NCBI GenBank assembly: GCA_002269645.1
Contig: NIVC01001130.1
Span: 62,001 to 126,000 of the forward strand
Source of the DNA: Macrostomum lignano
Taxonomy: Eukaryota
DNA: 64,000 nt
Direction: 5' to 3'
Below the pieces are notes generated by a model. That model was not told where the DNA came from. It worked only from the letters and a program-made list of their open reading frames with translations, and did not search any database. This document shows positions 26,131 through 64,000 of this stretch, one piece after another. The translations under genes and the position numbers were made by a program. Position 1 is the first letter of the stretch. The number at the start of each line of letters is the position of its first letter.

Positions 26131-26631
26131 AACTTATATCCCAGAATCCCAAATCTCAAATCCCAAATCATTTAATTTAGTTTTTTATATCCTTTCTTTA
26201 AGTTCCCAAAGAGCTGCCTGAACGATTACAGTGTATGTGCCTGAAATTTTTTACCAGGGGAAAAATCTGCAAGACTGTAACAACAAGAAAAAAATGAAAA
26301 GTCTGAAGTCACATTGCAAGCAGTTGCTACATGTAGATAGGAACAGAACAATTTGTTAATCGGTGGGATGTAGTGGACCAAACAAGACCTTAAACAAGCT
26401 GAAGAACTGACTGACTGCCTGCCTGACTTGGCTTCCGACTGGGTGGCTGCATGACAGACAGAATAAGATGGCTAAGCATCTGCCGCAGTCCTGTCAAGCT
26501 CTGTCTCGATGCAGCCGAAACACACGTGGACTTCTTTCAGACTTTTAATATGCAGTGAAAATGCTTCGAATTGTAACAATGAATCAGTCTTGAACTGAAG
26601 CAAGCCTGGATCCGAATGTCAAAATGATCAA

Positions 26632-27300
26632 ATGAATGACCGAATGAATGACCAGTCAGAATGACCGAATGAATGACCAGTCAGAATGACCAGTCAGAAT
26701 GACCGAATGAATGACCAGTCAGAATGACCGAATGAATGACCAGTCAGTATGACCGAATGAATGACCAGTCAGAATGACCGAATGAATGACCAGTCAGAAT
26801 GACCGAATGAATGACCAGTCAGAATGACCGAATGAATGACCAGTCAGAATGACCGAATGAATGACCAGTCAGAATGACCGAATGAATGACCAGTCAGAAT
26901 GACCGAATGAATGATCAGTCAGAGTGACCGAATGAATGACCAGTCAGAATGACCGAATGAATGACCAGTCAGAATGACCGAATGAATGACCAGTCAGAAT
27001 GACCGAATGAATGACCAGTCAGAATGACCGAATGAATGACCAGTCAGAATGACCGAATGAATGACCAGTCAGAATGACCGAATGAATGACCAGTCAGAAT
27101 GACCGAATGAATGACCAGTCAGAATGACCGAATGAATGACCAGTCAGAATGACCGAATGAATGACCAGTCAGAATGACCGAATGAATGACCAGTCAGAAT
27201 GACCGAATGAATGACCAGTCAGAATGACCGAATGAATGACCAGTCAGAATGACCGAATGAATGACCAATCAGAATGACCGAATGAATGACCAGTCAGAAT
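26632..27300. repeat. 25-bp minisatellite, about 27 copies
   Basis: gaatgaccgaatgaatgaccagtca. Confidence 0.95.
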
Positions 27301-28559
27301 GGAAATCGGGGAGTTTTTATTAACTAGAATCGTCTATGGCAAACGCGCATTCAGCTTAGAGAAATCCCGGCAAAACGCATTTGCTTCATTTGGAATTGTG
27401 AAGTCCATAAGGTGAAGCAGTCCACTCTTAATACCGTCATAGCTATCGGCATCCGCTGAGACACCGCCGGTTCGTGCTGTCGCTAAAATCAGATTGGCGG
27501 ACAAATCCATCTGGAAGCAGGGGACTTGCTGTGAAAGCGGGCGAACTAACAGTGGTGAAGCGGTGAATAAACTGGGCTTAACCTCAAGCGAAAGCCAAAA
27601 AGGTAAAGAAGCAGAGCGGAGCTGAAGCAGATTTGAAAGCCTGATTTGCCGCGCAACAGCGGGAGGTCGAGGCCAAGAGTTTGGCAAAGGAGAAATTAGA
27701 AGCAGCAGGAGAGACGATTGGAAAAGCTTTCTAAAGGAATTATCTATCGCTGCTGCTGCCTCTCGAGCCAGAAGCCAGTCAAGTAGAAGGGCAGAGAGAG
27801 AGAGCGAAATGGCAGGCGAAGGCGCCCGGGCCATCAGCGGAGCAGATCGAGCAGGAGTTCAGAGACAGAGGGTGCGTGTCAGTCAAACCCCGGCCCTGCA
27901 TCCTGACGACATGTAGGTGGCGGCGCTTGGGGTGAAAGAAAATGAAAGACAGTTGCAGACTGAATTGAGAGGAGATGCAGGCTTAGGTGAAATTGGCAAG
28001 ATTCAGGATGACGGGGGGAAATCAGGTGACACGGAGTCTGGGGGCCCAGGCTTTGGCATGCGTTTGGCGACACAGCGGGGAGGCGGCCGCGCAGGGAGGG
28101 GAGCAGAGGACAGCGTCTCCATGCTGGGGTTGGTCAGCACCTGTTGTCAGTCAGCGCTTCATCAACAGGGAAGCTGGGGAGTCTGTGGAGTCTGGGACTG
28201 AATGGACAACACAAAAACTGGAGAAACTTGCCAGCGAAGCCAGAGCTTGTCACCGAGCTTGTATGTATATTTACACTTCCTGTCGCCCGAGACCTTCAAC
28301 AATTACCAAAGTCGCAGCCGCTCCGCAGCCGCTCCGCAGCCCCCTGGGGTGCGAGAATTTCCCCGCTTTTTCAAATTTTTCCCCGAAGCTGTCGAAGCGC
28401 TGGAATTGGAAGCTTTCCCCGGCCGCGATCGGCCTGCGAGATAAAGAAGACGGACAGAAGCGGAGGAGGTCGCAGACGGGACTGCCGATGGTGGAAGCGA
28501 ACTCGAAATTATGAGGAACTGTTGAACAGATCCATAGAGAGTGAACAGGCTGAGGCCTG

Positions 28560-29715
<1,156 letters not shown>

Positions 29716-31384
29716 AAAGCGTGTAAGCAGACTCGGCGATCTGCACGGACAAGCAAATAAGGCTTAATCATCTCCCACTCTGAAGTTTGAAAATACGGAC
29801 AGAAACACAGCACGAGTGGGGAGGCAGCAGGGCCCCTCTCCACATAGCGATGGTGTTTCCAACAAACGCTGGTCCATCCCCAATCGGCCAAGGTTTCGGG
29901 GCGCTGCCAAATACGCGAGAGGAGAAGCGAGGAGCCGGCACCGCGGCATGAGCGCGCGCCCGCAGAGTCTGGAGAGGGGACCCCCAGCCGAGCTGCGCAC
30001 CCCAATTAGCGGAGAAGCGCCGCGGGGGGCGCTCGAAGCAACCCACACCTCCGGGGAGTCCCTCTCCCCATTCGTGTTCCCTTTCTCCCTCTCTTTCGCG
30101 GCAAAGCTAAGTAGGAAAAATATCACAGAGGATGGGCTTGGGGTGGCCTGGTGCGGGGCCCACTTAAAGTCAGCTGGGGGCTCGAGCCCAATACTTTAAT
30201 ATGGGCTTTTCGCACACATGCTGGGAGCTCTTCCCAAGGGGGGGGGAGCGAACGTTAAGAAATCCTCAATTGCCGCTCTCGCTCTCTTTCCTTTCCCTTT
30301 TTATCCCCTTTACCCCTGAAAACAGAGCCGAAAAATCTGGCTGGGGGATCGAGTCAGCCAGTCTTGGGTAGGTAGAGGGGGGACCGGAGCCTTTGCGAGC
30401 ACCTTCAGCAACTGGACCTGTCAATCAAGCTAAAGCCCAGGAGAGCCGGGGGAGGGTCTGGGAACACACACAGCAGCGATGGGAGAATTCGGGATGCGGA
30501 ACACGGAAAAGGGGAGAACTATAGGAAGAGGAAAAATCTTGGGAGGGGAGGCTTAAGGCTGGATTATATTAAGCAACGTGAAGGATTAGCAGGGGCTGCT
30601 GGCTCACAGCGAGTCGGGCCAAGGCGCACGTCGAAATCAAAGTCAAGCATCAGGGAGGCGGGTGGAGCAGAGGGGAAGGCGAGATGGAGAAAAAATGCGT
30701 TAGAGGCCTGGGGGCGCACACCAGAGATTGCGCTTGGAGATCGGGATTCTGGCGATGCCGACTACCTGATGCAGAGCCTCTGCCGGCCCCCCGCTGAGAG
30801 GCGGGCCATCCCCTCGCCGCCGCGCAGCCTGTGGGCAGAACAACAAATCGGCAGCCAGGTGCCGCTTCAAGAGCTGGCAGCGGCAGCCAATTTCAGCAAT
30901 TTTACACGCAATCGAGAAAAAACTTTTCCGGGGGGGGGAGGGGAGTTGGCGGTGCCTCGTCGGGTTCCACTTAAGCCGCTGATTAATTTCTGCGCCCCCC
31001 GGAATTTCCCCAATCTTGACGTGTTTACACGCTGACAAACAGCATTGATTGCCCGCCAAACCAGCACCTGATTGCCAGGTGAAGCGCAAATGTGAGAAAA
31101 GAGCAGTTTTGTTTATCTATATTCACTCGTGAGCGATAGTGAATCACTCTATATAAATAGTTCATTCTCGCTAATTGGTGCTCTTGCTAAGGAAGACGTC
31201 CTGCGCTGAGAAGATTCGAATATCAGGTGAATAAGGACGCAAACACACAGCTCGAAATATTATCCAATAATTACAGTAGCTTTCCAAGGATGAAAACAGA
31301 TGAGAATTTGAGATAAAAGAGACATGCTACTATTTACAACTTTTTGAAGGCCGAAATTGTTTTTGTGAAGATTAAAGTTTTTTT

Positions 31385-31740
31385 CTTTTTGAAGGCTCAA
31401 ACTTTCTTTGCGATGACTCAAGGTTCCTTTTGAAGGCTCAAACTTTCTTTGCGATGACTCAAGGTTCCTTTTGAAGGCTCAAACTTTCTTTGTGATGACT
31501 CAAGATTCTTTTTGAAGGCTCAAACTTTCTTTGCGATAACTCAAGGTTCCTTTTGAAGGCTCAAACTTTCTTTGTGATGACTAAAGGTTCCTTTTGAAGG
31601 CTCAAACTTTCTTTGCGATGACTCAAGGTTCCTTTTGAAGGCTCAAACTTTCTTTGTGATGACTCAAGGTTCTTTTTGAAGGCTTAAACTTTCTTTGCGA
31701 TGACTCAAGGTTCTTTTTGAAGGCTCAAACTTTCTTTTTG
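31385..31740. repeat. 41-bp minisatellite, about 8.5 copies
   Basis: tgaaggctcaaactttctttgcgatgactcaaggttccttt. Confidence 0.95.
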
Positions 31741-31744
31741 AAGG

Positions 31745-32048
31745 TTTAGTGGTTGTAGCCTAGCGGTTAGAGCGTCGGACTCACGACTTGACGGTCGGGG
31801 TTCGATTCCCGATCCCACTGGAACAATCTGTGTCCTTGAGCAAGACACTTAACTCTCTGCATTGCTTCAGCTGTAAAATGGGTGCCAGCATTAGCTGGGG
31901 TAATTGAGGCTGTGTGTGGCGACCCCCCAGTCCTTGGACTGAACAGCCGTACGCAGCCTTCAGATGGGCCGCGCAATAGCTGCGGCTGAGCTGTCGGTTG
32001 CACATCTGGCCATTAGGGCAGGTGTAATCAATTATTATTATATGATTA
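31745..32048 (+). mobile_element. tRNA-derived SINE with CORE-like central domain
   Basis: A box tagcctagcgg, B box ggttcgattcc, then tgtgtccttgagcaagacacttaactctct..ctgtaaaatggg (MIR/CORE-like), (ATT)n tail, flanking ttttgaagg at 31736-31744 and 32049-32057. Confidence 0.8.
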
Positions 32049-33061
32049 TTTTGAAGGCTCACTAGGAACTCATGAACTGCTAGCAAGCAAGGCTGCATAG
32101 AAGTTTCCGCTGCTCCTGTCCCAGACAGCCGTTTTTTAAGCGTGGCCGCTCGCCACCAAATACCTTTTGCAATACTCTTTTTCTCGACAAACCTGTGAGA
32201 GCAGATCTCTTCTCTTGGAAAACCGGCCTCTTTCTGCTTCAGCTGTTTAGACAGGCGGTAATTCTAGTTCTTGAAAATGAAATCAGACCATTTAACAGTT
32301 CTTATTAGGCTTGCAAGAAGTACAAATCAAGCAAGAAATCAAAAAGTTAAAAAGTCCCGCTGGCCCCTTGACAAGTGGAAAGCCAACAAGATCAAACTTG
32401 AAGATAGAAAGGAGTGATTGACACTCCGGGCCCGCTAGACATCTGGCAAGTGGGATTATAGCATCGACTGCGAGTGGAGAAGGAGAGGATTAAAAACAGG
32501 CTTAATACGCTTTTAAGCCGCACTCAAAGCGCAGACGGGAAAGAAGCCACTTAAAATACTTTGGCGCCGGCCCGCCAGGCATGCAGGGCTTCCGCTTCCA
32601 TTTCTAAGCTTCTAAAAGAAGAAGCTTTTGAAGCGGACACGCCGAAGATTCGCATCGCGCGGCCACTCAAAATTGAATGACGCAATCATCATCGGGTCTA
32701 CACAGATCTCATTGAGCCTATCACCGATATGGCAGAGTAAACAAGGGGAGGGGGCAAGCACACAATGCCGCCAGTCCTATGTTCAGAAATGCGCGCTGGA
32801 GCATTCCAGGCAGACACGAAGCTGCCGCCAACCCTCTCCTCAGCTGGCATGCTGGAGGCATGAGCTAATCATATTCACCAGCGCCTGGCAGGCCCAGGCA
32901 TGCTTGAATGCTTTGTTTGACTGGGGACGGACACGAGGGCGAGACTTATACACAGGCAGAGGAGGCAGGCGGGGAGCTGTGGCCACATTGGGACATTCGT
33001 CAGGCTGCCGCGCTGCCGGGGAACAGCTGATTATAGCCAGAGGGACAGGTTGGCAGAAGGG

Positions 33062-33146
33062 CAGACAGACAGACAGACAGACAGACACTAAGACAGATAG
33101 ACAGACAGACAGACACTAAGACAGACAGACAGACAGACAGACACTA

Positions 33147-33187
<41 letters not shown>

Positions 33188-33220
33188 AACCGACAGACAG
33201 ACAGACAGACAGACAGACAG
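33062..33220. repeat. (GACA)n microsatellite with cactaa interruptions
   Basis: Direct reading. Confidence 0.9.
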
Positions 33221-34343
33221 TGAGACAAAGCAGGTAGACAGTTAAACAAGACAAACTCCCAGTCAGACGGGACACTGAGGCAAACCGACATACAAAGGTC
33301 AGAACATCTGGTGGACGCATAAAATGGAGAGAACTCTCCCACTAAGTGCCTACTAGAAGTAGAATGCAGCATATTTTGTGTGCAAAAATGAAACAAATAA
33401 AAATAGAAAATCAACGCGACCATAGCAAGATATAGTTTTGAAATACTTGAAGAATTAGAATATATATACTCTCAATCGGTATATTTTGTGCTGATAGAGA
33501 TAGGGATGCACATGTACATACACAGTTACATGTACTATATTAATAGGCTGTCAAAACTGAGTGAAACGGATAACAAATTTGAATTTGCTAATTATATTAA
33601 CAAACAGTTTTGTACGTTTTTACTCCATTTTACTCGATCTCAAAAGCGGTGCAGATGCATTATGAATGCAGATCAATTTACAATTTAGTGCTTTTTTCTA
33701 CTAAATATAGTAAGTACACCTGCAAAAGCCACAATAGTCACTCAACAATATATAAAAAGTACATCTAGAACTTTTAATTAAAGGAATTGAAAAAAAAATA
33801 GCCGGCGTAATACACTAGGCTTAACTAAGTATGGGAATTATTTAAGTAATTATTAGAACAGATATGAAAAAGAGCAAAGCAATTACATATTTTTAGAGAC
33901 GGGAATGATGCAGTTGTACTATTGCAAATCGGTCAATTATGCCTGCTTGAATTCGTTTGAATCAACAAACTGGTTAACACTTCAGTTGAGATTCTCAATT
34001 ACTAATAGTAGCATATATATATAGTAGTTTAAAAAGCATCCATCTTTAGATTGAACTATTTTATTTTAATTAATAAACCAACTAAACTTATTGATCAGAG
34101 GAGACAAACAGACAGACTAGATGCTTTAACAATACGCATATAAAAACAATACTACTAATACAGTAATAAGCCAAGTGCAAACAGAATTATCAGAGGCGCC
34201 AATATTATAATATAAAGCGGAGACGAGAAAATACCATTGAAAAACAGATCTAATTTCCGTTTGTTTTATGCAATAAAATTTAAGAGTACTAGTAATAACA
34301 ATAACGAAGAGTCTGATATGACTTTGTAGATCACAGTGATATA

Positions 34344-34513
34344 CTAGAATAACTGGATCTGCGGAATTCAAACTGGTGAATATCATTGAAAACTAAATAA
34401 TTCCTTCTACATTACAAATTAGGCAACAATACGCTAATTTTGCTACTGAACAAACAGTAGATGAGCGCATTTTGTTTTATTTTGCGAGTAACACAAATCT
34501 GTAGTTATTCTAG
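34344..34513. mobile_element. Short diverged relative of the MITE abutting copy 1
   Basis: ctagaataact ... agttattctag inverted ends, TA on both sides, internal ttgctactgaac..agtag. Confidence 0.45.
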
Positions 34514-34933
34514 TAGATGGGCCACTCAGCACATTTGCGTGTAAGCTACTTTCAGTTCAGTAGCAAGTTAAACCGAAGCATTTTAATGTATTTTTAAAGC
34601 CAAGGCTCATTTATTGACTTTTACCCACCAGCCTCAGCCCTGCAACTGCGCCTTTCCACACAACCCCCCGCCCGCCCCAATTTTTATTGCCTTTCTTGGA
34701 ATTCCAGCCTAAAGCTGCCATATACATTTCAGTGGACTGGCTAATTACATCATGGCTGGACCAATTAGCAAGTTGTTTGAGACTGCAAGCTTGGGCTTCT
34801 AAACTTATCAAAGTCATTTCAGCTGCCTTTTTATAAAATAGCTTACGTATTCTTCTTTGCTACTGAACTGAAAGTAGAAAGCTGTTTTACTAAGCATATG
34901 TGCCTGAGTGGCCCATCTAGTTATTTTAGTGTC
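34514..34933. mobile_element. MITE-like non-autonomous element, copy 1
   Basis: Terminal inverted repeats tagatgggccactcagcaca / tgtgcctgagtggcccatcta, subterminal IR ctactttcagttcagtagcaa / ttgctactgaactgaaagtag; close match to 46875-47320. Confidence 0.75.
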
Positions 34934-35243
34934 TGTGGGGTAGATGTACTCGGACAATAATAATCAATAAGTACACAAGGCTTAGGCATTGAGCTGCTGA
35001 ACAGTTCTAATATCGAGGCTGCATCATAGCATTTTCCAGGTTCAAGGGATATTCAATTAAGTGATTGAAGACTTGTTGTTCAATGTGTTTCACTGAAATT
35101 AAAGTAACAATACGTTCTGTGGAAATTCTCAAATTGCTGGCTGTTCCACAGACCCCCGTCTAGGCCATAGACAATGCACAGCAAGCCTTCAATAGCTTGA
35201 CTCTCCCACCAAAGGCTCAATTAGCTTGGAAAACGCTATAACA

Positions 35244-35385
35244 GTGCCAGCATTAGCTAGGGTAATTGAAGGTGTGTGGCGACCCCCCCACCCCCAGTCA
35301 AGTGAACAGCCGTACGCAGCCTTCAGTTGCTGAGCTGTCAGTTGCACACCTATCTGTCTTTGAGGACAGGTGTAATCAAAGATTT
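35244..35385 (+). mobile_element. Diverged 3' fragment of the same SINE
   Basis: gtgccagcattagct.gggtaattga..gtgtggcgacccccc..gaacagccgtacgcagccttcag..gctgagctgtc.gttgcaca..caggtgtaatcaa matches 31880-32030. Confidence 0.75.
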
Positions 35386-35631
35386 ATGTACATTTCCAGT
35401 GGCTCTAGCTAATGTACAGTACCAATAAGCTATCAATAGTTGAGCACGTCTGCAAGTCACTTCAACTGTGCCTTTCTTGTCCCAAAAAATAGCTTACATA
35501 TTCTTCACTGCTACTGAACTGAAAGTAGAGAAACTGTTCTGCCTAGCAAATATGCCTAATTCGCCCAGCTAGCTATTAAAAAAAGAATTCTGTGGCTTTA
35601 AAAAGACCAAATATGAAGAGGTTGTAGGGCT

Positions 35632-63460
<27,829 letters not shown>

Positions 63461-64000
63461 CTGCTTTTGTTTGGAAGAGAAGCAAAGAAATTGTTGTAAA
63501 ACAAATAACTATAAAATGGCTTAGAAAGGGAACTTCCTTGGGTGTGTAACAAAGTTGCGAGTGCTCGAAGACAGAGGCAGTCAAGTCAGAGATATAGGTT
63601 ATTAAAAATGAACATGCCTCCCGTCTCGTGTCGCATATTTATGATTGTCAGCGGGTGGAGTGAAGCACATGCATACAGGGGACACTACATATGCTACGAT
63701 ACAACTTCAGCTAGAAGGAGAGGGGGTGTTAAGGCTCGGCCTGGACCCATAAGCTGCCAATTCAGTCAGGCCTTTCTAATCTATCTAGATAGTTTAGAAT
63801 TAATAGCTGTGTAAAAACATTTGGGTGTACACTTTGGGTGTAAATTGAGAGAGAGGGTTGATAGAGCCTCAGTACATACTGAAGCAAGGCATGTATGTAT
63901 ATATACTTTATTATGGCTATACAAAACAAACACGACAACCGTTATATTAATGACTAATTTTGTTTAATTTTTTTATTCTACTGTTATTATTAATTTATAA

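Noticed and set aside
31749-31822. tRNA gene
   Set aside because: A and B boxes are present but it continues into a CORE-like body, tail and TSD, so it is a SINE head.

Overview
Eukaryotic (invertebrate animal) genomic DNA with GC-rich exons and very dense micro- and minisatellites. The composition resembles the flatworm Macrostomum, but that assignment is inference. Two host genes face each other. The first is an intronless Frizzled of FZD4 type (13458-15533, +). The second, not evident from the ORF track, is a minus-strand RH(RGS-like)-C1-DH-PH RhoGEF-family gene that I reconstructed by hand as about 19 phase-compatible exons (35632 to about 63460; further 5' exons probably lie beyond the window); its DH domain has lost canonical catalytic residues. 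Its introns hold an intact LOA/R1-group non-LTR retrotransposon (ORF1 plus APE-RT-RNaseH-CCHC ORF2, UAAUG stop-start overlap, GTAA tail, 18-bp TSD), a 5'-truncated LINE of a second family, a MITE-like element, and a different minisatellite in almost every intron. Intergenic DNA carries a tRNA-derived CORE-like SINE, further MITE copies and an inverted (foldback-like) minisatellite pair. Most striking unexplained patterns: about half of the roughly 22 unrelated minisatellite units contain GGTCA/TGACC, and several array-filled introns shrink to a similar 110-150 bp when the array is removed. Most long ORFs in the track are repeat artefacts.
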